Source: Styela clava (Eukaryota). From it: DNA of 64,000 nt. Location: contig NC_135263.1 of assembly GCF_964204865.1 (NCBI RefSeq), forward strand, positions 16,864,001 through 16,928,000, read 5' to 3'. Below are positions 1 through 14,000 of the stretch, one piece after another. Under the pieces are notes generated by a model. It did no database searches. It was not told where the DNA came from and was given only the letters and a program-made list of their open reading frames with translations. Position 1 is the first letter of the stretch. Each line of letters begins with the position of its first letter. Position numbers and translations under genes: made by a program.

Positions 1-2186
1 TTATATATAGTAGTGGGTGACCCCCAAATGACAGAGCCATAAATTTTTTAAAAACTTCCGCGAAAATGAAGAACATGCAATTAACACTTGAACTTCTGCA
101 TGTGTATATTTATGCCCAAAAGTTCCAGTAATCTAGGATTCTTGCGCAAAAGTTATATTCTCTCTATAAAATGATCCAGGTTTTGTTTTTGGGTCACCGT
201 GTGAAAAATTTATGCCAATTTTTACATTCCTAACTTTTAAGGGAATGGTTTAAAAAAATAAAGATTTATTCTAAACTGCTCGGAATGAGCATAAGGTTCA
301 GCAATTTATCGATTATTTCTTCCAGCTCCATTTAGCAAATTCACAAGAATATTGGTAATTGTAATGGATTAGTTTCCCCACCTTGAATTAAAGCTTTGGT
401 ATGCTTATATTTGACCATAAATGAAATGGACAACTCTTGTAGTTCTTCATAATTTCCATTGTAGGTATTCAAGATTTTCCAATATTTACTCAATATAGTC
501 CATATTTAAGGGATTTGTACCAATTTATATTTTCATACCTATTATAAGTAGTTTAATATGTTATAAGTATAGTCATTATAAACCACATCAAATGATATGA
601 AATTGTAATTTTGTTTGCTGACTTATCTCAAATACGTTTTACATTTCTATTCCTGACTCTATCCTTTTAGAACTTTTCATAATTTTGGAGCTGTACAACA
701 TAATATGGAAACCTAAGGGACTCTAGAACATGTGTAGGTCCAGTTTTTCGCTTTCTATTGTTAATTGTACTTGGTTTCACATACCGGCATTTATTTTCTT
801 CTGATAACAATTTTCCTTTGATTAATCCGTCATTCCGTATTCAAGCACAGTGTTCGTTTTTTCGTGTTATTTTCCTAATTCTATTACTATCATTTAATTT
901 ATCTTCATTTTTCTCAGTGTACTTGATTTTCATTTAGAAGGAATTATGATGTCATATGATAACAAGTCTTTAAAAGAAGGTTGAAAGAATTATTTCCTGA
1001 AATCAATGAAACTTATTATTTCTATGCAAAAAAAAAATGTCATGTCATGTTGTCCGAGTCAAGTCCACTGTCCTTATATTATGACTAATTTGATATAACT
1101 AGTATTCTTCGACAGCACTCCACTGTCTGCGATTTTATGTCTTCTTCAAGTGTGAATCGGAATATCGACTATTTGGACATATGAGTATATCTTAATTGTT
1201 CTTTATAAATTCTTTTTTACAAGTGTATGTCTCCATATATCAATATATAGTTTACTTTCTTCTCTGTGAAAATGAACATCGCCACTTCCCTATGATTAAC
1301 ACTAGTATGGTCCATTTATTAGATGAATCTTTGTGAGGTGACAATTTTGTATCTATAGTGTCCAAATATACCCACATGACTTTCTGAAGTTCACACATCT
1401 TGTTTTATGCTGTTTATTAAATTCAAGTGTGTTCGTAATCCAAAGAATTGCACGTACTTCAACTTATTCAGATTTGCATATCACAGCAAGAATGATTTTG
1501 ATTTGTATCTAATTCATCATTTGCCATTGGAGTCGATTATTTCATGATATTATGGGTCGTTTATTAACAAATTTGCTTTTCTCGGTTTCCAGTGTATTGG
1601 CGAGTACTTCAATTCATACTTAAATATGCACAGCTGGTAAGAACTAACTATTTCTACATATTCGATTACTGATATTTTTTGTTGTATGTATTTACTTTTA
1701 GGACACAATATTTCAATATTCGGTAGTAAATCTTCTTCAGTGCCTCCTCTAAGGTTCGACAGAGTTTTCTGTTTTTGTTCTTTACGAAAGACTCATGCAT
1801 GAAGCACCAGAGAGAAATATTTATAATTATTCAACTAATTATATCACTGGCATTACTATAATATATTATTCTACTGCTGTATTTTCAAATCATAATTTGT
1901 TGTCATGTGCCATTTGTCTTTAAATCGTTGTGGGCAGGGAAGAGTTAGTAGTTGTCTAGTCGTTTTGCGATCATCTTCATTTGCAATCATGATAACACTG
2001 CTACAAAGAAACAACACCTATTTTTAAATTTGTAAAATTTATTTCTAATTTGCTATCAAATGTGACCAAAAAGTACTGACATGAGTAGGGCTGGGGATAG
2101 TTACCCTTAGATGGTTAACGATTAAGGTTTATTTTGACCGCTAACTGACATTTCTGGTACAAATCACCTTTGTACTTAACAATTTA

Positions 2187-2421
2187 GGCGCTCCCGTATG
2201 GGGCGTATTATGCGAACCAAGATGGCGGACACCGGAATATAGTACGTGTACCTGGTTGGGGTTAGGCCATCATTTTATTCCAATTGTCCTCTTTTTAGTT
2301 CTATTACGAGTTCGGGGACTATCCAAATGACACCCGTAGTATTTGGACCTGAAATTATAGCCTAACCTGGTCTATCTACATTCCGGTGTCCGCCATATTG
2401 GTTCACATACCACAGGAGTAC
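2187..2421. mobile_element. Palindromic MITE, family A (long form)
   Basis: Inverted arms GAACCAAGATGGCGGACACCGGAAT / ATTCCGGTGTCCGCCATATTGGTTC and GGTTAGGC / GCCTAACC. Shares termini with the copies at 43.5 kb and 61.7 kb. A further half-copy lies at ~2557-2600. Confidence 0.75.
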
Positions 2422-2636
2422 CACAATTTCTTCAAAAAAAGTAGAAAATAATTCAAGACCAGTATTGCTTATTATGAAAATTGAATAAAATGATAAGTTC
2501 AGAATCAGTTACCCTTCAGAATGTATTGCCCATAGTTTTATCGCAGAATCGATTCGATGGCGCACTACCTGAACATAGTATGTGTATCAGGTTAGGGTTA
2601 TCAAAGCGTCGTTTTTATTTATGATATCTCAATGCA

Positions 2637-2735
2637 TCAAACAGTGAAAGTTTTGTCCCATAAATGGCATTTAATAACGGAATCGGTTTCATTAAAATAC
2701 CTCCATATGTCCGAAATACGCTGCATATCTCTCGA
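2637..2735 (-). mobile_element. Degenerate BED zinc-finger fragment (hAT transposase relic)
   Basis: Translation SDIWRYFNETDSVIKCHLWDKTF matches the BED-finger start W-x-[YF]-F...C-x-x-C with the second Cys mutated to Trp, followed by a stop. Confidence 0.45.
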
Positions 2736-3199
2736 TTCCTGGATAGCCTCGACCAGGATAACATCGCGAGAAATTGCTTTGGAACTATTGGGACGTAACA
2801 AGATCAAATTATAACTTATTATGTCAAACGCCACGCTGTGGTTAACGGTCAAAGTGTTTCTCCTGAAATTGTAATCCCTGGTCATGAGGTTATATAGTCA
2901 TGCATTGAAATGCATATTTTGATGTAATACAATTCATACTAGGTCAAGTATAAATACCGGAATAGTGACTATTCCTTGTTTCATTAAATTATGAATATTA
3001 TAGGTACCAGCGGGTATGTCATCCGCTCAGTGGTGTCGAGAAATACAAGAAATCTGTAGTAAATGATGGGGCAGCCAGTTCCCCGATGACATACGTATTC
3101 CCCTTAAGCGGCAACCGCCAAAATGTATGATCCATCTTGAAACGTAAAAGCTAGCTTGTCATGGGTATATAAAATCGATTTGCGTTTGAAGTATATCTA

Positions 3200-3480
3200 T
3201 CTGTATTTACTCATTTGGCACGAAATGTACATATGGATCGTTTCGATATTATGTTGTTGGTATTTTTCTTGTTGTGAAAAATCACTTTACTCATTAGCTA
3301 CTCGACCAATTGCTATGAAATTTAGTGGTTTAGGATTGTAATTTTCGCTATGTGGCTATTACTTTTATTTATTTCAGTACGTTTTGTGGGCTCTAGGTGA
3401 TTCTCTTTTCGCTTACCGTACAGTAGTCTGGGTACGGCGAGGTAGGCGACTGCTTTGCTTTGGCTTTCGTGTCCATATTA
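3200..3480 (-). repeat. Dispersed repeat family D (MITE-like)
   Basis: Reverse-complement similarity to 41530-41873 (ATGGATCGTTT, TGAAAAATC, CTTTCGTGTCCATA). The terminal motif recurs at ~53865. Confidence 0.6.
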
Positions 3481-4607
3481 TATTTAAGCATACTGGGTCG
3501 AGTAACCGAGAGTGAAACGGACTACAAAAACTTTTCTCATTGTCACATGACTTCAACAACAGTCCGCGGAGAATTTAGCGTCAAAATATTTGGCCAGTCC
3601 GGATGAGCATCTAGCTTACAATAAAGTGGTAGATGTAGTTAACTATTAGCTTTTCACAAAAGAGGACTTAATCCGCCAACGCTATTTTTTATTTGTAATG
3701 TACAATTCTTTTCAAATTTAATTATTTAGCTATACCTTATCGCTTTTGTGTACCTAACTCATCCCGCACGTGTGCCGTCGACTGGACTTTTCAGCAAATA
3801 TCAAATGACCACGTATTATGATCTATTGTAATTTATTAAAAATATTTTGAGACAAAATAAGAAAAACGGATCTTCTCCTGTCAACGTAATAATCTTTATA
3901 ATGGCAACGTAAATATGGCAGACACTTGAAATAAATTAGTTACTTGGAGTTGTTATTTATTAGAGATAGAAAAGAATAATATATTTAGCCATACGTAAGT
4001 CATCATGTCATATAATTGTGTTCTACACCGGCGTATGGGCTAGATTTACAGTGGATTTCGATCTTGTCGGTCAAATATGTCGTTCCGTTATCTTCAAAAA
4101 TTAGACAAAAAATCACACAAAATCCAAAACAACATTGATGTTATGTATAATCTTCTAAATGGTCATGGTAATTTCCTTGTAAGTGTTCGCCTTCTGACAT
4201 TGTTAAGAAAACGTAGAAACCGCTTAACCACAATGTTTTTTTAGAAGGTATAAGCATTTCCAAATCGCTCTCTTGTCCAAGAGATGATCCGTATAATACC
4301 ATAAACGCATGAAGCATAACTTATATAAATAAATAAATAACAATATATTAAACAGTAGCGAATAAAAATAAAAAGTCCAATAGCAGCAAATACGTCGGGA
4401 GGCGCTGTATTTCGAGTGAACCTAAAACGTTTTTTTTTTAATTCTACTCATTCAGTCTAAATCAGTTGGGACAATTCTCTGAAACGCATATTTCAAAAAA
4501 CAAGTATAGTAAATTCTCCACTTTTCTGGCACATAATTCTACTTTTTCTGTCCGTCAAAATCTGTCAAACTTTTTCATTGTATTCCAAAGGAATATTATG
4601 CTTCGGA

Positions 4608-7600
4608 TTAAATCTGTGGGCTGTTATGTCCATTCATTTTAAGTTCTCTGTCCGAAAAATTTAGGCTTTTGAACCTTTGTCGCTGACTACGTATTGAACC
4701 GTTATCGCCATTCATTTCGTAGCTTAAGATCACTTTGTTTGTTTTTTCCGGGGAAATATTTAAATCAGAATTGACTTTTAATGGCGTAATTTCTCCATTT
4801 TCCGTTTCTAGTTGGGAACTACATGTTGTCGAATTGTAACTTTTCTTCCTACGAAATCGCACAAATGCAATTACTACAATAGTGCATACGAGAGTTGCAA
4901 CAACGAGGGCAGATATTACTGCAACGAGAGCTATTCTCAGTTCATAAACTTGTTTGTGGAGCGCTTTCTCGTTACTTGAAACTGCCTCGACATCAGGCAC
5001 TGTAGCGTCTCCACATCTAGCTCCCTTGTATCCAGGCTTGCATTCACAAAATATTTCTTTTGGAAATCCTCTCACGGCATTGCATTTTGCGCCATGTTGA
5101 CAATAATGGGCAGCAGAGGAAGGACACGGTTCGAAGGCTTCTGATAAAGAGCCAACAGCAAGACGAGTTTTTAGCTGCACCGTTTCTCCTCCAGCGTTTT
5201 TCGCCACGCATGAGTAAATTCCCGAATGCATTCTGTGCGCGTGAAAGACAACAAGATCGCTTGTACCTGATCGTAAGCTTGGGCCTCGTACAAAAACTCC
5301 ATTTGCTGCATAAACTTCACCGCCCTCTTCTTCGATGTCAACGCTGTCTTTCAGCCAACGAATCTCGGTGATACGCGATCTAGATTTTACTCTGCATCTC
5401 AAAAAAGAATTCATTTCTGGAAAAAGCTGGATAACAGGTGGCAAAACATCACTTGATATCGTCATGCTGCAATTATTTTCCGGTAATTCGCACATCATGT
5501 CCCAAAGTTGTTCTCGATGTCCTCGCTTTTTAAGAGAAAGGGGGGCGAGTTTGGCATTAAATAAGTTAGGCTCGCCAGTTTTTTGTAACAGGAGCATGTA
5601 TTTTTCTTTAAATGTAAGTTCGTCAAAACATTCTTTCATATCAGCATTCTTGTTGACATACAAAGCGGCCCCATCTTTCAATCCACCATTATGAATGGTC
5701 CAAGTGTGAGTGACAGTGAATCTAACATAAAAAGATAATCGTGATCAGATATTGCAAATATAGACGCAAGAACCGTTAACGACTGTTTTCTTTGCACGAT
5801 TAAAGAACGTCTCACCACATATTATAAAATTGGTTTCAGCTATTTCTTATAATAGAAAGCCGTCTTATTCAACATTAAAAGATGAGGCACGTTTGCAGTC
5901 ACGCTTGACGACAATTTCAAAATACGTTATTTATGAATATCAAACACATTTATGATATTGGACATGAAAGTTCACTCCTTAGAAAGTATACTTGACATTA
6001 GCATGTATTGAATACAATGTATCGTGAAATTTTAAGAAGAAAAATGTTTTCAGAAAAACGAGATGAAATCTAAGCAATAAAACAATTAGCACTATTTGGG
6101 AGATGGGTCACGGTGCGTCATAAAATTTATAGCGTGTTACACATGTTAGATAATCACCCCGACAGATTGATCATCGAATAACCTCTGATTCATCCTTTGA
6201 TGGGTTCCGTCGATATTTCTATTTCATCTTGTCGTTATCGCAATTTTTATGAATAATTTTTATTTATTTGGCGAGACTTTGCATATAATTTCATTGCTAC
6301 TTGTTGTTGACACCTAGTGAATTTCCCATGGGCTTTCAATTCAATTTCAATCGGATAAAACTTTGAATCTGAATACCAGGAGTATGCCAGGAGTCAATAT
6401 AATTACTAATCAGGGTAGAATATTGTTTCTGAATATAACTCATGTCGATCAAAAATCTTCAATTATCACGATCGTATGTATGTATGCCTTTGTACCCCCT
6501 CCGAGTTGCATCCAATACACCCCCTTCAGTTACCAAGTCATTATGTCAAATAACTTCAAACATTTTGAACCCTAGGTTAGAAGTTCATGACAAACGTATG
6601 ATGATTTTGTCAGACCAAACCAATATAAGGCAACACTTAATATACAATCAGAAAATTAGATATTCCAAAATTCAATTTTGTACCCTATAGGTCGCTTTCG
6701 TTATGTAGAGTAAAATAAAATGCATCGTTATCCTCCTAGCTTGCACAATTTTATTTATCCGGTTTTAAATGAATGTAAATAAATTCTAATTATACCTCAA
6801 ATAGGTATATATTCTTATTTGACGTAATGTGGGAATTAAGTAAATATTAACAGCCGCCAGTCCAAAAAGACGTTGTCATTAAGTTTGATGACATTTTGGA
6901 AACGCGGACATTTCAATAGAGATAACGATCATATTTTATAGATTCGAGATTTGGTTCAAATTACTAGAGTGTTACGTGATTGTACTACTTGAATAAATGC
7001 ACCATCTCTATTTGGGAGTCAGGTAGAGAGAACACCCCCTATATCGCAAACTCGTAAGTTGTACGTCTACACCTTCGTTACACATAATATCCACCAATGT
7101 AAATTCCATGGGCTAGTTTAAATGAAACGACATTGTGTAAGGGATATTTTTGGTAGCTAACGATACTTTCTTATCTTTTATATATTTGTTATGATGCTTG
7201 CCCTATGAGGGCCGAGTTACCGGCGCTTTTATTCATATCGTTTCATATATTTACTTGAATAAAATACTTGATAAATAATAATTTTGAAGATAAAAATTGT
7301 GTAGCAAACGGATAAAACGCGATTTGAAATTAATTATAATTGTAAATGCCCATTGAATTAAATATTATTTTTTTTTGTCATTGAAATCAGGAAACATTCC
7401 TGTGCAGATGAAATCCTAAAGTCTATTTATTTGATTTCTTACCTCACTTGTTAAGTCACACGAAATCACGAATGTGCACAAGCAAATTTTACCTTTAAAG
7501 GACAGAATAATAAAAGTTTAGTAACAATTGCCAATAGTATATTTACCTGAATTTTTCATCGGACATTGATACGTATTTCCCTTCTAAAAGTATATCATCT

Positions 7601-7719
7601 GCCCCCAAGGTTTGGATTTCATTCACGTATCTTGCAATAGTTCTAGAGGAAGTACAGCTATCTCTGCTGACTGCGATTGCCGCTTGAAAGAACAGTGAGA
7701 GCACTATAACGTTGTACAT
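4608..7719 (-). CDS. NRG: Neuregulin-like ErbB ligand precursor (signal peptide, NRG1 type II/NRG2-like N-domain, Ig domain, EGF domain, TM, short cytoplasmic tail), about 428 aa
   Basis: Exon 1 is 7719-7547 (MYNVIVLSLFFQAAIA signal peptide, phase-2 donor AG|GTAAAT). Exon 2 is 5721-4608 (acceptor TTAG) and joins in frame (..EKFR-FTVTHTW..). Ig motifs: LRC..W.KD..HSGIYSCVAKN. Six-Cys EGF: CPSSAAHYCQHGAKC..CECKPGYKGARC. TM: IALVAVISALVVATLVCTIVVIAFV followed by RFRRKK. Confidence 0.85.
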
Positions 7720-7888
7720 TATTTGAGTGAAAACTCGAAAATATAATATTTTTTGAAACGGTTGATTATGTCTTCGATGCGATGTCGGCACTAATACTAT
7801 ACTGATTTGCGAAAGTTTAGCGCTTATAATGTACACATAGATCCTCGGCGGTTTCCGAGAACAATAGTAGAAAGAAGGCGCGGGTGTA

Positions 7889-8042
7889 CTACGTCATAAA
7901 ACTGAGTGCGCTGAAATGCTCAGATACCCTCTTTTAAGCTATTATGAGCGTGGATGCGTGCCCCTTTTCTCCTTCTCACATCCGATAATAGCGTAGCGTA
8001 AGATCATATTTTATGGGTGACGATTACGTAAACTTTGCGTAA
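7889..8042 (-). promoter_or_regulatory. Putative core promoter of the neuregulin-like gene
   Basis: On the minus strand a TATA-like TTAAAA (7937-7932) lies about 30 nt upstream of an Inr-like TCAGTT (7905-7900). bZIP-type motifs TTACGTAA (~8024) and TTGCGTAA (~8035) are just upstream. Confidence 0.4.
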
Positions 8043-11000
8043 CGTTAACTTTCAAAGTGAAATGCAGTATGAAATACTGAATGATTCATTGCACCTGCAA
8101 GGTGTTTTATTAAGTTGTTACTTATTTATTTACGAATTTATGTTGTATTTTTCTACACCATATTACTTACAATAAGGTGAAGTAGCGCAAAATAGCCCAG
8201 CGTCCTAATTCCGGAACAACTCAAGTGTTTACCAACCTGTTCTAGAGTGTCAAGAATGTCATGAATAAAAGACATTTAATTCAAAAATTACCAGTTTATT
8301 TTTATATTCCGAATTTGCCAGAATCGAAATAAGAATATTTTTGCTAAGTCACCCTACTATGTCGACACAATAATTGGAAGATCGTAGTTATTATAAATGA
8401 ACATTGCATCACGTGTTGTGTATAGTGCCAACATTCTCAGATAACAAATGAAAGAAAAACACATTTTCCAAAAGCTCCGTATTCCACGCAATCTCTCAAA
8501 ACACCCTCGCTAAAAACATACATGGTTTACTTTATATGAATCGAAAACTCTGAGAATATTTATGAAGCAATTTCTATTTGATAGAAATGTGTTATTTTTC
8601 AATTTACTTCAATAACTTTTTCTGACGATGTTTTTCCTAAACTTTCAAAAACAACAACAAGAATAAACTGTTATAGAATAAAGACCACGAAAATCGTAAC
8701 ATGAAAACTTGTCTAAACGGTGAATGTGTATTGATTGCTGTAATGAATGTTTAAAATTTACGCAATCGGCTCAATAATTTATTTTGATAGTATTCTAGGT
8801 TTGTTTTATGATATTCTGTTGGTTTTATGAGTAGCAATAAAAATTTAACGCGTCATGAAGAGTCAAATGGGACGGTAATGTATGTGTTCGAAAAGTGATG
8901 TAATCGCGGAACTGCCTGACTACAACACAAATTGTCTCTAAAGCACTTACAAGAAGGAATTCTGAAACAGTCTCGAGTTGCACCAGCGACTTACGACATA
9001 GCCACGTATCAGATTAGAGTGTAATGTTTGTTTGCCATTAGTGAAAGACGATATAAAAAACATTGTCGGAAATGTGTTCAATCGTTGGTGGTAAAAAAAT
9101 TCCCAGCTATCAAATATTTATATAGAAATATTCTAATGACTACGCAAACTAATCCCGGCATAGCCTTTATTCGATGCCGAAAGCACGTGTTTAAAGTAAA
9201 CATGAGCAACGCAGAAAATGTGTTATTTCGACCTTGTGAAGCCGGTCCTCAAATAATGGAATAGACGGTAAACGATGCGTTGAGCGACTCAATGTTGCCG
9301 CTGATATCACCGAAAAATCGGGAAATGTACCATTCACGCATTTTACTTTTTTCCGTTCAAATTAATAGTATGATATTTCTGTTATTTTATTTTCAAATAC
9401 AAAACTGCGATTTTGAGGAAGAGTAGAACAAAATAAAAAGTTGCTAACAAGCAAAAAATGTATACATCCACCTGTTTTACCAGGATAATAAAATTTGTTT
9501 CGAATATGAGTCATTTGCACCTTTTTGAAACTGAAACTTGCAAATTACACAAAGAGAAAATGAAATAATAGTGATGAATAATATTAGAGAGCCAACCTGT
9601 GCATTAAGATGATTTACAATCTATAGATATCGATAATATTTCCGGTGTTCACCTGTTTCAGAATGATTTTTAAATACTTGTTCAGCAGCTGAAGGTCAAG
9701 AAGGTCTGTCTCATCAAATTGTGATTTCGACGCCATTCGGGAAAAATAGTCACCTACTTGATCGTGAACCCTACCCCACAATACGCGCATTCAAGTAATG
9801 CCAAGATCTATTATCGATTACTCAAAGACTACAAAACGTTGACGCACATAGACGTAGTCTGTGGTTTGCAGATTCAAGGATTCTACAAGTTTTGTCATCG
9901 TCTACAAAGAAGATTATTCAACGCGCTAGTGCTTGGGATTATCAAGTATTTTACAATGACTGATTTCCGTCTGTTAGACCATAGTCATCGAATTTCAAAG
10001 ACATACTCTGAGCAATACACACAATTCAAATATTGTTTTGTTTGATAGATGACGGGTATTTTCAATAAAAGAAAATATATCAATCTACGGATGCAGAATT
10101 GTCTTCATTTATTTGCTGAAAGGTCTACCCAAACAGAACGAGAAACCGAAAAAGACCGAAAACTACTGAATTGCTTATAGAATTGCGATGTGATTTTATT
10201 GGGCATGTGATAGGGTAGATATTAGCAGTGAAGACCACCCACAATTCAATTTACTTCATTATCCATCAAAAGTCAGTGACTGTGAAGAATTTAAATACGG
10301 GCATCAAGTTTGATCGTAAAGAAGCGAGTGAGATGGTTTTCCATCACAGCAATTGCAAGATAAATATATTCAGCTAGTTTCGTCTATTTTTGTTCTACCA
10401 GTTGAGAATTGACCCATTATTCAACGTCTACTATGAACTATTTCTCTTTAATTAAAAGACTGTTTTTTTTAGAGTCGTGGCATAATATGATTTTGGGGTC
10501 ACGGACTTTGCACTCTTTGTGAATGACTGAAACATACGTGATGTCATTCACCCCACCCACAGAATGAGGGCCCAATGATTGAAACTTGAAAAAAAATAAA
10601 TTTAAAATCATATAATACATACCTTTAGTTAACGTGAGCATAAAGCATAAATTTTCGATATTAACACCTTTTCAGTAACTATTTAAAAAAAAAATTGCCG
10701 AAATGAGGTCTCCAGGACAACACAACATTATAAAAGGTACTTGAGCATGGGCATTCTCATTTTTGAATAAAATTAAATAATGAATCTGTTGTCTACTTAT
10801 TGCGACTTTGATTATTAGTGGGTATGAAGCAACTACAATTTCATTAGTATCTCAAGTTTCCCCTTCAACTTGAGGCAAGATTATGTTGTTACAGACACCG
10901 TAAATTCTAATGCATTATGATATTACCAAAAAATTTGACACCTGCACTTCGTGTTTCATATACGTCCACATAGTAGACGTACTAGTAGTGTAATAATTTG

Positions 11001-14000
11001 TATAATGTATGTCGCAAAGTTGAAACTTTCTTCGACAGTCCACACTTGTTACAAAAGAGTTTTGACCCACGTGTGGCTGGTTATTACCCGTCCCACCCAC
11101 ACACCCGAATGTGAAACTTTGTGTCCATTATATTATTTTTACGGGTAATTAACTCTAACCACCCACAAAATTATGGGCTTTGAATAATTTAAATATAGTC
11201 GTCTACTACTCCACAGTGGAAAGTCACTTTGATGATGCAACAGCCAATACTGTATTCCCCAGGTTTTTGTGAAATGTGTAACCTAAAATATGACAATACC
11301 AGTCAATGGTTGTGTTTCGTAACTATCAAGTCCCGCAGTACAATTTGAGGACAATATAGTTATTTTATAGGAACACGGCGCCAATGAAGCAAATAATGTC
11401 CGTGTACGACATAAGGTTTTATCGTAAATGTTGAAATGTTTGAAACTCAAATACCTTTGATTTAGCAATGTATAGCCGCCAGAGTTTGGCATTCCTTTGA
11501 CCTTTTATAATAACCTTTTATAATAAAACATTACCTAACCACGAATCCAATAAAATATGTCATAGATTATCATTAAGGCAGAAATATGACGTCCGAGTTT
11601 AGTGTACTTAAAAGTCGCCCCAGACTACACCTTTTCCCGTAATTTTACCATTTTTATGTACGAATGCCGCAGAAAATTTTATTATACAACGTAATTGCTG
11701 TAAAATAGTTGATATATTCTCCTCAAGTACATAGGTATCATGAACTCATCCCAGAGAAACGTAAATTGTTGCCTCGACACGAGGAGATGGAAGTCAGGAA
11801 TTCGAGACACTTTTTACGTGATGAAAGTGTAGGCTGACTATAAATACAGTTTATATAGCATCTATAATCACCTATCATCTTACGAAAATTCGTCATTCAT
11901 CGTTATTATTTTTCTCTAAAAATGTTGTTTCAGTTAGATGACTTTAAAACTGATTCTCATTTCATAACATTACCGGAAATGTGGTTTGTAATCGCGCTTT
12001 TGAACTCGACATACATTTTTTATCCAGGTATTCATAGCGCGTACGTCACAAAATTGGAAAAAGGTGACCATATCTAGATAAAAGCCTTTAAGTAGATGAA
12101 AAGAATGGTATTGCATCATTTTCATTTACCTTGTCATGTTTTTAAATTTAAACGTCATTGTTTATTCAGATCGGGAATATCAACCAAAGACAATGGCATT
12201 CACGACAGTGGCGTCACGATGCAAAGTATTTTATAGTGAATAGGATGGAGAAATTTTTTAGAAGATAATTGAATAGTTTCTAGAGAGAAACATAAACCCG
12301 AAATGAGAATATTTGAAAAATGTTATTGACATTCTTTGTTAAGCAGGTTTGTATTGTTTATTCAAATGACTAAAAAATTGAAGAATCTCATATACGTATT
12401 TTTCAACCCAAATTTCTCTATCTTGTGATAGCACGCGTCGCGTAATATATATTACCACGCCCAAAGTAGAAAATGATTACACATAGAATGGATACAGTTC
12501 CAATCCATCGCTATTCAATTTATATGCCTTTCCCTCGAAACGAGTTCGATGAAATGACGCGATGTTCCACAATTACTATCGATTTGTGCAATTTAAATCT
12601 TTTTCATATCCGTTTCAGCCAATTATTTACAATATTCGCGTGAAATCTTTTGCTATTATAGGATATATTGCATAGGTGTGTTCAAACAGATTTTATCAAT
12701 ACTTGGTTCACTTCTAATAGTTTCGGTTTTATTTAGCATTTTGATATCAATAAAAGTTTAGTGTATTGTAAAATTTCTAAAAATATTTACGGGCCGTATA
12801 TATTACCTGGCCGTACTCTCTCCCCGGTTTCAAATTATAAAGTATATAATGCCAATGCTAATTTTTTGAACCGATCTTCGCTTTCAATTTCATGATAGGT
12901 GGCAATTTTAGTTTACAGTTCACTTTGAGGACGTGACCTTGTTCCCAGCAATTTTCGTTGTAGAAAAAAAAACATTGGACCGAACAAAGGTTTTGAACAG
13001 TTTAACTAATTGCATATAGCTCAGATAAAACGGCATTTTTTGTAATACAGAAATAAATACTATTTCAAATATTTGATGCTGCCTACGCGCCGATTCACTA
13101 CCCTCTGAGTGAAACGTGCAAAGGTGATGACGTCGAAGTTATTTTTACAAGTAGTCGTAAGGGTTCTATTAAATAAAAAAAAATTACTTTTCATGAGTAA
13201 GCTTTATTTCGTGGCACATTTCGATTACCAAAACCACATTAGGTCTTGCAAAAACACAAACATTTTTTCATAAAACATTTCATAAGATGCAAAAAAATTG
13301 TCATGCATGTGATCCAAATTTAAAAGATATACATTTACAAATTTCAGATCAGGTGGCTAAATAGGAGCGTGGTCAAGTCTGTACCGCATTAAATGCTGAG
13401 TTCTTAAATTGCATTTGGAATTCGAATAATTTTCAACACGTGACTGTGTTTCCATATTACGTTTATGCTAGCTGATAATTAGATACTTTCTTGTCGAGCG
13501 TTGAACTTTAATTGTATCGCGAGGGATTAGAATTTTTGTGTACAAAGCGTAGATATTTTTACTGCCATGGATGGCATATTTCAAATAATATCGACTAAAA
13601 CCACATTCTTCAACTAATTTGTCTCTTTATAAGTGAGGGGTTAAAGCAGTTGAAATGCCTGTTTCTAAGAATTGATATGGTCGAATGATGCAAATAGTGT
13701 TTTGCTGATCGTCGATAAACCACACCCAAGTCTGAGAAATTATTCGAAATTCTTATTTCAAAACTCACAAGTTTGTTAGAAAATATTGTTCGGGCTCTCA
13801 CAAGATTTTAAGTTTAATTCATATTCTGAATGGTTTGAATGACGATTTAGACTTATAATAAGAAAGAAAATATTTTATAATATATAAAGAGTTGACACTG
13901 TTGTTTCACAGCAAAATCAAATGGCAACTATACAATCAATTTTAATACTTGTCGATGTCAATCTCGTTCGGGTGATATTATTTTTGATCTCGTGTAGCAA

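Noticed and set aside
5060-5694. Plus-strand ORFs overlapping neuregulin, and similar antisense ORFs over FoxQ1, HYAL, Rab and MFS
   Set aside because: Antisense shadows of real coding exons with no recognisable motifs.
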